A model generated the notes under the pieces. It searched no databases. It saw nothing but the letters and a program-made list of their open reading frames with translations, and had not been told where the DNA came from. A program made the translations under genes and the position numbers. Shown piece after piece: positions 24,852-38,733 of a stretch of DNA of 64,000 nt. Every line of letters begins with the position of its first letter. The first letter of the stretch is position 1. This stretch comes from Anthoceros angustus (Eukaryota; Plantae; Anthocerotophyta), in the NCBI GenBank assembly GCA_010909165.1, contig MU008187.1, positions 314,247 to 378,246 on the forward strand. Direction: 5' to 3'.

Positions 24852-26247
24852 CTCGGGAGCTACCACCTACATATGCAACGACAAAACCTTGTTCTCCAAG
24901 CTCACCCTGCGTCGCATGAAGGACAAAGTTCTGTTAGGAGATGAGCGAAGTGACACTGAACTTTGCGTGGAGGGACATGGCACTTGTACCTTCACTCTCA
25001 ATGATGGATCTGTACAACCTGTCGAAAGAGTCCTGTATGTGCCAGACATGGCAAAGAATCTTCTGTCGATGAGCAAGCTCATGCAGTTGCATGCGTATGA
25101 GATACGCGTGACTGATGAGGCCTGCTGTTTCTACAGGAAGACTTCTCCCTCTGTCTGTGTATTTAGGGGCTTCCTTGATTATGATCTGTACAAATTAGAT
25201 TTGAGATGTTCTCCTGCACATCAGTCAGCCTTTACAGTCAGCATGACTTCTAGTCAACTTGCCTCCCTATGGCATGCGCGTTTAGGGCATGCCAATAAAA
25301 ACAAGTTGATAGACATGTCTAAGTAGGATTGCCATAGGGAACCGTTGCCTAGCTGTTTTAAGGACTTACCTGTTTGTGAGTCTTGCATTCTTGCTAAACA
25401 GAAGGAACTCCCTTTCCCTAAGGCTGCACACAGAGTGTCCTCAGTGTTAGATCTCGTGCATGCTGACATTTCAGGTAAGATACATACACCTTCTTTAGGG
25501 GGGGCTTTGTATTACCTGACGCTGACAGATGATTATAGCTGGTATTCGTGGACCATCTCCATGCGACTGAAGAGCGACACCTTTGGCTGCTTCAGGGACT
25601 GGCTGCCAACAGTTCAACGTCAGTCAGCTGCTTACTCAAAGTACTGCGAAGTGACAATGGTACTGAATTTGTCAACAGTGCTTTCGATGAGTACTTATCT
25701 GAGCAGGGCATCCAGAGGTAGTTGATTGTGCCGTATACCCAACAGCAAAATGGCGTTGCTGAACGCAAAAATCAAACTTTGTTGGGCATGACGAGAAGTA
25801 TGTTGCTTTGGGCTGGCCTTCCACAAAGTCTTGGTAGAGGAACGTCGTCGCGACCACATACATTTTGACGTGGTCGACTCAGTCAAGTGGAGGACGCCTT
25901 TTGAGGTCTTCTGGCATCGTAAGCCTAGCTTACTTCAGTTTCGAGTCTTCGGGTCCAAGGCTTTTGCCTACATTCCTGCAGAGAAGCGAAAAAAGTTAGA
26001 CAATCGTGCTCGAAGCCTTATTTTTGTCGGCTATAGTGAGCACGTTAAGGTGTACAAACTTTACGACCCTGCATCACAGACAGTGACCCTAGCCCGTAGT
26101 GTTACCTTTGTCGAACCCCATACTCCTGTTGCTACAGCTTCGGTTATGTCTGAAGGCTCAGCTGATGACTCCTTTGACGAGGATTCCAACATTGCCACCT
26201 TTCCTCTGGATGATACTGAGGATGCTGCAGATGACGCTGCAAACAAC
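24852..26247 (+). pseudogene. Outer Copia protease remainder, GAG-pre-integrase, integrase, SH3
   Basis: SGATTYICND..VERVLYVPDMAKNLLS; LWHARLGH; CESCILAKQ; LDLVHADISG..YYLTLTDDYS; FRVFGSKAFAYIP..KKLDNRAR. Confidence 0.93.
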
Positions 26248-26275
26248 ATAATATTTGAAGCGGCTCAATATACAA
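26248..26275 (+). repeat. Left TIR core
   Basis: ATAATATTTGAAGCGGCTCAATATACAA, also at 12072-12099. Confidence 0.92.
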
Positions 26276-27016
26276 GAAGGGGCTTATGGGGTACATATAC
26301 GGTGAAGGGGCTTCTCGATGGGCAACGAAATGGGGTTTTGCCCGTTATGGTAATGCCAATGTTTGGAAAAATAGGGTCTAAGATACAGCCCTAAGCGTGT
26401 CTGAGATGTGTTCTATTGGTCCGATGATTGACTTCCATGGTCACGTAGTTTTCTCGGAAATAATACCCATAATGTCGCCATTTGTGCGGGTGATGGAAGG
26501 TGAAATATGGATAAGTTTAGGGTATGAGATTTGGAACATGGGGAAGAGAGCCTCCCCGTGATTCGGAATACCATCCTTGAGGGTTTGTCATGGCTCTACT
26601 TCATTGAGCTTTACTATGTCAAGATGTGTGGGGAAGCTCGCGGTCGGAGGGTAAGCGCCGGCATGCGCGCAACTCTTTAGTGGTCTTGAGCTACAAGCGT
26701 TTGAATCAATGACAATGCAAGCTCGATAACTAAACAGTACGCCGGGTTTGGTTTAAACCCTTCGCAAGCGACTACGGCGGGCATAGAGATTTGCATTCAT
26801 GCGGATGGAGAATTCAAATGTGTAATATAAAAGATAGCTTATGTCCGAAGATAATAATCTGGCATGTGCCATTGCCTATGCCACGATGATCAGATATGAC
26901 CTTCACCGACAGACAATACCCCAATATGCCCACTATGTAAGAATCGTTACATGGGCATACGCTAAAGACAGAAATGCAAGTCCTGGCATTGGAGTTGCTG
27001 CATTACGACTGGTTGA

Positions 27017-30000
27017 TCACTCTTCGCCAGAGTCTAGACCTTCTCCATTTACCTCCTCCTCCTCGTTACAATCGTCATTGCTTTCATCTTGGACATCAGG
27101 AGTGCATGGTTGCAGATGGGGACGAAGGGCACTCAGCTTCTCCCTAATTATTTTCTTATCTGATGCATATAGATGTTTCCTTGAGTTCAACTTGAACCCA
27201 TAATACGATACGTTTTGCGACGAAGATTGTCCGGATGTTTGGAGGTCTTGAGTTTTTCCCCTTTTCCTTTCGATGTTGGTGCTTGGTCGCCATTCGCTCT
27301 GACGTATTCTCCAACATACTTGCCCTCGTAAGCATCGTGTGCTCTGTCTCCACCAATGCACACGTAAGAAAGGGTCTGAGTTCGGTGCACACTTACAACC
27401 TTTGCAACCCAAAATGCTCTGTTATGAGTGTCTCCCTCGCAAGGAGTGACAATGAACATGCCTTTCTGAATCTCCATGACATCCCCATTCATCCTTGCCA
27501 CCTCCTCTTCGCGGCGTTGCAAGCTCTGGTGAGCTCCCAAATACATATCTCTCTGTGGTACTTCTCGGAGTAATGCTTCGTCAAGAATAGCCTCGTCAGC
27601 GACGTGCAGCGGGGACACAAGTACCTCCGCCGAAGTCCTGTCATACCATTTCCATTCGTTCTGCAAGACTAGTCCAATGTTGTTGTCCACAATAGTTGCG
27701 ATCTCACTCTGATCCTTCCAGAATTCAATCCACCACTCCTCTTCATCCGCATTCAAATATGTTGGCAGCTTGAGCAAGCCCTTCCGTAGGTGGTCTACGC
27801 CGCATCGTGAGCCCACCTTCACTCCCTTTTGTCTTTTGCACGAAGGGCCATCAATGGTCAGTCCAATAACCGTATGCAGGCGTTAAGAACTCCAAGCCAT
27901 CTTGGTTTCCCACGTGGAGAAGTAGAATCTTTCATTATGGTAACTTTTCCGCTAATCATCTTCCTTGTAATTTTGAATTGATCTTTGGAGCGAGGTTGTT
28001 CAAGCTTAACAGACTTTAAATTGGTGCCCCGGCTCCTTTGCAACGCCACACATATGTTGAAGTCGCGCACTTGATGATAACCTTGACCTGGGTTTGGTGT
28101 GTATGCCGTTCTCAATATATCCTCCATAGCCGGAGAGTACGAGCCTCCTTGTGCTTCGGATGCTTTGAAAACATGAAAACATCGATCCACAGTCATGCGT
28201 GTGTCCAAGAAGAAGCCCACCTTAACCTTTTGAAAATCGCAACTCTACTAGCATATTCGTAGGCAAATAGCAATTGATTCTTATTCTCCACACGTGTTGT
28301 CAAGTCGCAAATACAACCGATGGAAGAAGCCCTCGTAAGTGTGTATGACATCCTATGATCGAAATCGTCGGTTGCGTCATTGTGAAGATTCGCATAGTGG
28401 AGATAAGCTCGGCCTTGTGAGTATAATTATGGATCATACAACCCACAACATGAACGTGATCTTGTTGTCCTCCTTCAAGTCTTTAGGCCACCGTAATATG
28501 TGAGGCGATGTTTTCTTCGTCCATGCCATCAATTGATAACAATATGTTATGCGCTCACTATACCCTTTTGACCGATGCTTCGACATTTTCTTCCTTTCGT
28601 TCATAAGAAGACGGACTCGATGGGAGTCTAATGCACTTGGTAAACATCTGCGTCCAACCACGGTAAGATCGATTAGAGCCAAGCTTGTACAAGGCGAACA
28701 AATCTACACGCATCAATGACACCATGAGATTAACACTGCAGTTGCCCAAAGCCATTCACAGCGGCCGATTCACGGCAGCCGGCATGCCGCCATGCAGGCC
28801 CCTCCCATAAACCACTTGTCGGATGCGGGAAATGCCTGAGAAACATGGAAGGCGGGCCCGCGCAGCAGAATATTCTGTGAGCGGCTCCGTCACCCTTTGG
28901 TAGGCAAGGCGCACAACCTCATGGGTGGCCGGCATGCGCCCCGCCCGATGGAAGGGGCATGCCCGCCGATGGAAGGGGCGCCGCGCATGCGCCCGATGGA
29001 AGGAGGCCGCCGGCATCGCCATCGCTCGATGGAAGGGCGGCATGCCGGCGCCGCCGCCTGATGGAAGGAGGCCGCATGCCGCGCCATGCGCCCGATGGAA
29101 GGGGCGCCATGCGCCATGCGCCATAGTCGCCCGCCGGTGTAGTCACAGACATTCGTGGCGTATACCATATGCGATGCGGCATGCCGGCGCCATGCGCTCG
29201 ATGGAAGGAGGCCGCCGGCGCAGCGTGCGGCGCGTACATTCACTATATTATGTACATGGCTTCCCTTCTTGCCACCAAAGCAGATTACACAAGCACATGC
29301 TACATTGACTGTGAAAGATTGATTGGGGAGACATGAACATGGACAAGCATACCTTGCTCCAGTATTTCTTCTGTGTGTCGAATGTTATACTTCAGTCCAA
29401 CGCATAAGGAACATGTCGAGAACCTGTTTGACTTGGGAATTTTCAGAGAAAATTCATTCCCATAACGAGGAAATGCGCATATGATATGTACCGCAAACTG
29501 TTTTGTCCATCCCACGTATTGTGACCAAACTTCATGCTTGGTAAAAGTATCGAGCAAGTTATAGACTTCAACATTCGCAACCTCTCGTGAGATGCAAGAA
29601 AGTCGCGTCCATCCACTCAATCGCACCAAGGCGTGCGTGGATTTTGACATGGGTTTGGCTTGTTCGTCCCAAGGAGCATTACTCAGACTCGTCTTCAATT
29701 CTTCATACAGCGGACCCAATGCAATACATGCGTCAAGGCTTTCAAACAACATCTTAGTGGTGCCGGTGCATGAGAAATGTCGCACCTTCCCTTTGCACTA
29801 GCTTTGTGCGGGCGAACAAGTGCCTCCAAGAACCTCTCCTGTTCTCCTCTTCCCAGATCCAAGAATCGCAGACGCTCTTCTTGAAACGATTCTTTTGGCA
29901 GCATAGGGAGGCACAGCTTCGTGCAGCATGGTTTCCGGGAATCTTCCAGTACAGACACAGTTTCACTCTTCCTCAGCGAGACACCAGCTGCTCTCCGCTT

Positions 30001-30414
30001 TTGCAACATACTTCCAGCCAGAAGGGCACACTGCATTGTCTCTGACAGTGGCTTTGGGTGAAACGTTGGTCTTGTACATGTTCCAAATCCTTCTCCTTCA
30101 TTGTTATCCATTGTACCCGCTATTTCCCGTGATGAGTTAAGAGTCTGAAATTCCTCGTCATCACCTCTGGCTTCACACTGAACTGCACATCTTCCGGCAT
30201 TCCCCCGTGCGCGCGGTGAGCCGACTATTGCCGAAGCAGAAGCACCCCCTTCATCCTGACCATGAACGGTGAACAAGCCCGTGCAGCGAGTTGCTTTCCA
30301 CCGCCTCTTGCGGCCTTTTGTCGACCCGGACTTTTCTCCAATGCGCGATAGAGGTTCACGTTTCGGAGTTCTTGGCACATAGCGGGCATCCCGTTGTCGA
30401 TCGTTCTTCTCCAC
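27017..30414 (-). pseudogene. Sola-like DDD/E transposase, copy 2
   Basis: Same motifs as copy 1: KIPKSNRFSTCSLC (~29410-29450), IDGMD (~28525), LDN (~28300), HTHD (~28195), and C-terminal FWVAKVVSV..LRVHWW. Confidence 0.75.
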
Positions 30415-33400
30415 CCGGACTGCGAGGCGAAGCGGATGATCGGCCGCAAGCCTTATGATTAAGAAAGTAATGTCCTACCCGATCCCACCATCGTAGATTA
30501 CGACACCCAAGCACAAGACTACAAGACAAAGTCGCGATCAAATAACACTCACTCAAAGGCAATGGCGGAGATGGGCATGTTGACATTGCATTCATTGGGT
30601 TCATCGGCGCTAGTCTTGCATGCGGCTTCTCTTCTCATGTCCATCGACCTAAGGAATTGAGGCTTAGAACCTCGTGAAATCGCATCTTCGCGGATCCCTG
30701 CATCAAATGGAATTGGTGAGGAAGACTTAAGGAAGTAAGGATAGTCGGGCCTCCACAAAGCAGTGCAAACACCTCCGCTTCATCGGTCGTGTGTTGCGGT
30801 GAGCATCATTCTCGTCCCTTAGCACAAGAAGAGCACACAAACTAGTTCTATAGAATGGTGAAGATAGCAAACCACTATAAGGCATGTCCACTTTGTCCAC
30901 GCCACTCGTTTGGCGCCTCGACACCATGCACGGAGAATGGCGGTGCCTTAACATCTTCATTGGCGTTCACCATCCTTTGTGCTATGCAAACGCAGTCATA
31001 ATCTCATTACACCTAGGGTTTGCGGGGCCGCTATTGCTATTTTTAAATATAATGTTACCAAGAACGCGGATTTGGCGCATTTCCACTAGATATGCCATGA
31101 TGCCGGACCTAATTAGGGTGCCACGTCGGGCAGCTGCTCCTCCTTCCCTCGGTGCGAGTGAGCGTAAAACATACCTCTCGTGCGCCCTTTGCTGTTCCGT
31201 TTTCGAGAAGGATTGGTTGGGCGACACCTCGTGGAGCTCGAGCAAGCGCCTTCAGCAGGATCACCATTGGAGGAGGTTGTTTGAGCCGCGAGGCATCGGA
31301 AACGACGCGTCGGCCCGCGTTGTTGTCATCTCTTCTTTGTGGGATTCTTTTCGTATGTGATTGCTGTTGATTTCTCCATGTCTTTTAGTTTACGTGAGAC
31401 ATCATCACGGCCATGGCTAGTGGGAGCAGCAAGAAGGACTGCAAGATGGGCCTTTGTTGGCCCCAGACCCGATGGAAAAGCCGCGCAAGCATCGCAAGAC
31501 AAAGTCGTCAAATAACACTCACTCAAAGGCAATGGCGGCAGAGGCGGGCATGTTGACATTGCATTCATTGGGTTCATCGGGCCTAGTCTTGCATGTCCGC
31601 TTCTCTGCTCTCATGTCCATCGACCTAAGGAATTGAGGCTTAAACCTCATCGGCATCTTCGCGGATCCCTGCGCCGAAATGGAATTGGTGAGGAAGACTT
31701 AAGGAAGTAAGGATAGTCGCCGTCCACAAAGCAGTGCAAACACCTCCGCTTCATCGGTGTGTGTGCGGTGAGCATCTTCTCGGTCCCTTCCACAAGAGCA
31801 CACAAACTAGTTCTATAGAATGGTGAAGATAGCAAACCACTATAAGGCATGTCCACTTTGTCCACGCCACTCGTTTGGCGCGCATACCATGCGGAGAATG
31901 GCGGTGCCTTAACTACATCTTCATTGGCGTTCACCATCCTTTGTGCTATGCAAGCAGTCATAATCTCATTACACCTAGGGTTTGCGGGGCCGCTATTGCT
32001 ATTTTTAAATATAATGTTACCAAGAACGGATTTGGCGCATTTCCACTAGATATGCCATGATGCGGGACCTAATTAGGGTGCCACGCGTCGGCAAGCTGCT
32101 CTCCTTCCCTCGGTGCGGTGAGCGTAAAACATACCTCTCGTGCGCCCTTTGCCCGTTTCAAGGATTGGTTGGGCGACACCTCGTGGGCTCGAGCAAGCGC
32201 CTTCAGCAGGATCACCATTGGAGGAGACGTTTGAGCCGAGGCATCGGAAACGACGCGTCGGCCCGCGTTGTTGTCATCTCTTCTTTGTGGGATTGCGGTT
32301 TCGTATGTGATTGCTGTTGATTCTCCATGTCTTTTCGTTTCGTAGAAGACATCATCACGGCCATGGCTAGTGGGAGACGCAGCAAGAAGGACTGCAAGAT
32401 GGGCCTGGCCCCACCGGTGGAAAAGCGCGCAAGCATCGCAAGACAAAAGCAAGAAGGCGACACTTTGCGAGAAGGTGGAGCGCGTGTGTCACGGCACTGG
32501 AGGATCACTGGAGGCAAAACCAGCGGTGCAATCGACCATGGTTCGGGAGGAGCCCAGTCTCGGAAAGTCGGATCGCTGGGTGCGAGGGCAAGCGTGCAAG
32601 CTTGGTGGAGCGGGGGACAAAAGCTGGCCAAACCACCTAGGGCAAAAGCTCCGAACCATTCCCTTCTCCTTACACATACGAGGAATCATCATGATCCGGC
32701 GTCCACAAGCAGTAGAAGAAACTAATGGTGGACAGTGGTTTTAATCAGGGAGATGCGAGCATGTGGACTCCAATCTGAAGTTGTGGATGTATGGACACGG
32801 GGAGCCTTGCCGAATCGAGGAGCCTGGCGGGGTGGGTGGTGTGGGCAACAATTGATATGGAGGAACAAGAGCCTTCGAGATCCTATGCCTTTTGGAAGGC
32901 CATATGAATTCAACACTCTTCCGGTAAGATTATAGTGTGTTTACGGTGAGTGCCAACTTCAATGCCCGCAAGTGTGAGCCGCGAGCCTTGTCTCGAAATT
33001 TCGAGGCGGTGCGGTGAGTGTGAGTCTGCCCAACACAACCTTTTTAGCATTGCTTGTTGTTTCAAATGGAGAACGCTTCACCTTGCCAGCTCGTTCTCTT
33101 CTTGATCTGGTTTGGTCATTCGGAGCTGTCTGAAAACTATCTGCGCCATTACCTCCTCCATCAAAACTCACGGTAGGAGGTTTCATATCGGATAACGCGC
33201 CAAGGTCTTGGTGTGTTTGCACAAGGAGAATGGCATTTGTTGATGTGAAGAGGAGAATGAGTTTGGGCCATCGGATGAAGAAGATGGGCGATCCGGATGT
33301 TTTGGGACATTCGGATGATGAGGCTTGGGGCATGATGGAGAAGGTCGGTGGGGAGGTCGGATGGACCTCCGGCGTCAATGGATATGATTTCTATCCCATA

Positions 33401-33949
33401 TATCGGTGAGGAGAGGAGATGGAGGCGCGGCATGCTGCTCCCGGTATCCCAGGTCGGAGACACCCTAGCACGTTGGGTGGTGTGGAAGCGTGAGGAAGAG
33501 TGGGCGGTGAGCCGAGGCGGTGGGCGGCATCTGCGCCGCGCAGCACATGGGAAGAGGCGCCGGCATGCGCGCCCAGTGACATGGGAAGAAGGGGCGGCAT
33601 CGGCGCCCTGGAAGGGGCGGCATCGGCCGGCGAGGTGAGGCGCGGCATGCCGCGCCCTCGCGGTGAGGAAGAGGCGCCGCATGCGGCCGTCGACCATTCG
33701 AGGAAGAGGGGCGCGGCGCCGGCGCCCACGACGATGGTGAAGAGGAGCCGCCGGCATCTGCGCCCACCTTCCAAGGAGGGGTCCATACTCCCGGGACTCC
33801 TCACCACTTCACAAAAAGCGGGCAAAGGGATGCGGCGGGAGTATGAGAACACAATCTGGAGTAGTCGAGGGCAAAGTCGGAAGGCAGGCAAGCCTGACAG
33901 GACCATCCGGAATGAGATTCAAACTCTTCATGTGGAAACCGGCGGTGGC

Positions 33950-36251
33950 GCTTGGCGGCGTCGCACATGGAGGAAGACTATCGACAAAATTGACATGCAT
34001 ACTCCAAAAGGTTGTTCAAAGCTGTTTTGGTAAGCGGAAAATTTGCGCCCCCTTCGACCCACGATGCCCGGATCCGGAAAGTTGATGAGGCATGGGCCAA
34101 TTATCTTGCTCGCGTCATTGCTAAGGGAGGATTGAAGAAGGGTGCTTCCTCTTCTATGTATGATTGATCCTGCAGTGCGAGGACATTGAGCGACTTGATT
34201 GGAATAGGTTTAGGCGAAGAAGTATGTCATGGGCGTGGGGTGGAAACCATACCTCGCAGCCATGAGGCACCTTGGATATCTCACCGGGAAGGCGCGTTTC
34301 GGTGGATCGAAGCCCATGTGTATTGTGGCCTACTGTCTCGAGATGAGGATTCGCTCACCGATCACAACCGGATGGCGGACAAGCGAAGAAGATGAATTTT
34401 ATTGAGCGGGGTTTATCTCGGATGAGTTTGAGATAGCTAAGCGGGATCATGTCATCATGTCCATGAACTGAAATTCAATCTCTACAAGGTGCTTGGTTTG
34501 ATTGAAGGCGATGAAGGCCGAGAAGATGAGCGGTACAAGCGAACAAGGTGGACATGAGAACCCATATCGTGCATTGCAAAACTAGAGGTAAGGTCCGGGA
34601 GAATGTGGACAAAATTTTTGAAGTGGGAAGCGGTGAGCTACGGCGGAAGCATGTCGCGGCACAAGCAAAAGAGCAAAGGTAAGCGGAAGGCAACGGCGAG
34701 ACAAAACAAGTTGATGGAGTTTTGTGAAGCCCAAAGAGATGCGAGAAGCCGTGGCGAAGCTTTCAAGGAATCCCTTCGAGTCGGGACAGATGTTGATAAG
34801 TGCCGGAGAAATCTTGGCCGCCTCTTGGACTGAGCAGAATGTCGAAGGAAGTTACACTCGGAAGAAATTTCACGTCATTCAAGTGGCAATGGCAAAACAT
34901 CCGGGTTGTGACTCATTCGAAATGGTGAGACAAGAATACCCTCAACACTCCTCGGGGGTTATTGCAAGATTTCAAACCGCATTTGAGGGCAAGGTAACCA
35001 TATTTCCTTCCATGCATGAAAGAGGGGCGCCGGCTGCGCTCTACAAGGCCTTCCGGTCTCTCACGCTAACCCATGATGTTTGCCATTCCATGCAAGTGAA
35101 AGATGTTGAGGACCTAAAGAAATTACGATGATTTTCAAGCCTTTATTCTCGAGGTCCATACATGGAAGGGACTTGAAAATGAGCAAAAGCGCTAGCAGAT
35201 ATGGACATGGAGGAAGGGCTTCAATCGTTCACGGTGCAAAAGCAGAGGACATTGTCAAGTACCGGTCATTTCTAGAGATGCGCGGATATGAGGGGGTTTC
35301 TAAGGGTCCATAAGTACACCACGATGGTCATGGACGTGCCGAGGATTCAACGGTAAACATGATGTGAAGTTAGACCACTTTCAATTGGGAAAAATATTTC
35401 ACTCGTTCCATGACCATGCCGAGGAGATGAGAATGATAGTGATGCATGGTGTTGAAGAGCAGCATGTTGTGAGGGAGGCCATGCGAAAGTGGTGCGAGGG
35501 AGGAGGTTGGTGTCTTTGTATGGGACAAGCGAACATGCACAACGACTTGGGTGGGTATGACACTATGGAGTACATCACGATAGGATGGGGGTTAACATCG
35601 GTCAAAGGTCAAAAATCTGCATGATCCCTACTAACATCCATGGGTCTTTCAATAATGGGCGGGGTCATTGGCCACCCTACGTAGTGAAGAAGTTGTTGTA
35701 CACATCATTGGACAAGCGGTGATGCAGCTTACCAAAGGCCTTTGGCTTTGATGATGAAGCTCATCAAAAGTTTCTCGAAGGAGGGGACTGGATTTTGGAT
35801 GTTTGTCTTTGGTAGCGGTCAACAACATTGGAGCTTTGCTCTGTAGCGCATTGCAATCGAGGTGGACAAGAGGTGCGAGTTCATTCCCGAGAGAATCCAT
35901 GGGTATGAAGTTCTCCCGAGTGAGAGGAGTTGAATCATGAGCCACATCGAGGACCGACCCATTACAGGCAAAAGAGGTTAGTTTACGAGAAGGATGGGTC
36001 ACGATCGCGGGTTGTGCGTTTGGCCAGTGAATGAAGGAGAAGTCCGACTTCCTAGACGATGGGCGGCGGGTATGTAGCTAACACGACTCGGCCTGGCGGA
36101 GATGACCATGCCTCAAGACAATGCCATGGAGGAAATTGACAACTTTGAGGACACGAGACGCTCATTGAAAGGACTTGAAGTAGTCATGGATAGCGTGTCT
36201 GGACAATTTCCTCCGGAAACTCAAACCGGCATGGAAGACCATTGTACTTAG
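33950..36251 (+). pseudogene. ParB-like / beta-class amino-methyltransferase fusion, copy 2
   Basis: GGNHT (~34240), MVMDVPRG (~35330), YQRPLALMMKLIKSFSKEGD-ILDV (~35730-35800), GSGSTT, IAIEVD; acidic tail ending EDHCT*. Confidence 0.8.
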
Positions 36252-36578
36252 GTTCCAGGAATCCAGTTCTCTTATGACATAGACATGTTTGGAACATTAT
36301 AGTATGAGGGTAGTCGCCGGCATGCCGGCGCCCTCCCCTACTTTCCTTCTCGCATAATACATGAAAAAAGCTGTTTTGGGGTTCTCCATATCACGTCATA
36401 GTTAAAGTACCGTTTGTTACAGGTGGGCGCCGCATCGCCCGGACCCATCCACCATTACCCGCTTAAAAACACGTAATCAATCATTCAACCAAGGCTCTCA
36501 CTTACACGCTCGAAACACACGAAACGGCAGCTTTGGTTATCAAGATTTTCCTAAGCGTTTTTTCGGGTGGAAGCGGCT

Positions 36579-36606
36579 TTGTATATTGAGCCGCTTCAAA
36601 TATTAT
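36579..36606 (-). repeat. Right TIR core
   Basis: TTGTATATTGAGCCGCTTCAAATATTAT, the exact reverse complement of 26248-26275. Confidence 0.92.
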
Positions 36607-38511
36607 CCGGTACTGACATCGCAGATCTGATCCCTGCAGATCCCGATCCTCCACCGACCTGCACACCCCTTGTCGATGAGTTAGCCCAGTATCATGCTGC
36701 TCCAGATCATGCTGCCAACATAGATGATGTAGCTTCAGTGGGGGACATGGACCTGGATTTTTCTGACGGCGGTGATGAGGCTACCTTTGAGGATTTTGCA
36801 GCACCTGATGCTCCTGGCCCTCGTCGTTCTACTCGCAACCGGCCTACTCCGGATCAGTGGCTCGAACCCCGGTATCAGTCTGTGGATTTTCGGTCTTCTT
36901 CAACAATTTATGGTGCTACTGTGGACATTCTCCCTGCTGAGGAACCCAGCTCCTATAAGCAGGCTATGGCCGGGCCTGATGCTTCCAAGTGGCAGATCGC
37001 GGTGGAGAACAAATACCAGTCCTTGCTCAAGAACAAGACCTGGAAGCTTGTCGATCTGCCCCCTGGACGCAAACCCATCTCCTGCAAGTGGGTGTTCAAG
37101 TTAAAACTTAATGCCAAAGGGGAAATTGCCATCACGTTACAAAGCAAGGCTTGTAGCTAGGGGGTTTACCTAGGTTGAAGGCTTGGACTACCAGGAGACA
37201 TTCTCCCCAGTAGTTGGCTCGTAGTCCATCCGGATAATCCTTGCCCTGGCAGCCGAGCTGAATTTGGATCTGCAACAAATGGACGTGTGCACTGCATTCC
37301 TTTATGGTGCTCTCGATGAAGACTTGTACATGGCGCAACCAGAGGGATATGAGGATTCTGAAAACCCTACCAAAGTTCTAAAGCTGCTTAAATGCATTTA
37401 TGGATTGAGGCAAAGTCGCAGGGTTTGGTATATAACCATGCACATTTACCTTATTAGTATCTCCTTCGTCCAGAGCATTGCCGACTCGAATGTATACAGG
37501 CTGAGCAGAGGTGATGACTTCATGGTGTTGGCGCTGTATGTAGACGACGTCATCCTTGCCACAAACACTCGACCACTGTTAGCTGAAGTTAAACTCATGC
37601 TGAGCACTAAATTCGAGATGAAAGATATCAGTGAGCTCAAGTACTGCCTTGGGGTACAGATCCTAAGAGTACGAGAGGAAGGACTGATTATAGTGCACCA
37701 ACACAAGTACATCAATGATATTCTGCGAAAATTCAAGCTTGATGAGGCTAGGCCTGCTACTACTCCTTACTCCACAGGGGCTAAGCTTACCAGCTTACAG
37801 TGTCCACAAACTCCAGATGAGGTTCAGGACATGCGTGATGTACCCTACAGGCACGCTGTAGGAAGCCTATTCTTTGTGGCAAACTGGACTAGGCCCGATA
37901 TCCAAGATTCTAATGAGCCTTGTCTCGGTTCTTGGAAAAACACAGCGGGAGGCTGCTTGGAGTAGCGATTAAAAGGATATTTAGGTACTTGAAGGGTACC
38001 CACACATATGGCCTATTCTGAAGGAGGAGGCGGGGAGACTTACGCTGCAGTTTCTGAGGCGGTTGGGCATCGGCGATTCGAAAAAGCCTCTCGGCATCTT
38101 GTTTTCGGCATCCCCAATTGAGCGGTCATCGTATAGCGATCGTCCATTGCCCTGTCATCAACAAAAGCGGAGTATAAGTCTTTGACAGATGCCTCGAAGA
38201 AGGCAGAATGGGAAAGGACTTTCCTACATGACTTAGGGCAAACAGAGCAGGCACCTACCTCAATACTATGTGACAACATGTCTGCACTTGCTCTCGTCGC
38301 AAACCCTAGGTTCCATGCTCGCACTAAGCACATCGAAATACAACATCACTATATCAGAGATGCTGTGGAGCGAGGAGCTGTGAAGGTTGGCTACATAAAC
38401 ACAGAGGACAATGTTGCAGATGTGTTAACTAAGGGCTTGGTGAAGCATAAACATTACAAGCACATGTCAGGCTTAGGCCTGGATGACTACTCAAGATACT
38501 TGGACAGCTAG
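36607..38511 (+). pseudogene. Outer Copia reverse transcriptase and RNase H
   Basis: EEPSSYKQAM..NKTWKLVDLPPGRKPISCKWVFK; QMDVCTAFLYG; LALYVDDVIL; LSSTKAEY..ILCDNMSA..ANPRFHARTKHIEIQHHYIRD..VADVLTKGL. Confidence 0.95.
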
Positions 38512-38733
38512 TGACTTATCTGTGGGAGGTGGGGCGGGAACCCGAAGGTTCCCTAAGTGTTGATGAGTTGTGTCTGCGACTCCTTCGTAGACACAAGATA
38601 ACTGCACAAGCCCCACACACCGTTAGGTCAGCTGCTGTGCATTAGTACTTGGGGAGACAGAGGGAGTAAACACTGCGCTGCAAGAAGGATGAAGCTTACC
38701 TTAGTATCTAATCTCCTTGCAGTACAGTACCCT

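Larger units (their letters stand above)
26248..36606. mobile_element. Methyltransferase-carrying TIR DNA transposon, copy 2 (both ends present, 10.36 kb)
   Basis: 28-bp perfect inverted repeats at 26248-26275 and 36579-36606. Interrupts the acidic INT-RT linker of the outer Copia. TSD not resolvable. Confidence 0.9.
3310..38511 (+). mobile_element. Outer Ty1/Copia LTR retrotransposon, interrupted by nested insertions
   Basis: Domain order is gag, PR, GAG-pre-integrase, INT, RT, RNase H once inserts 4414-24851 and 26248-36606 are removed. LTRs not securely located. Confidence 0.9.
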
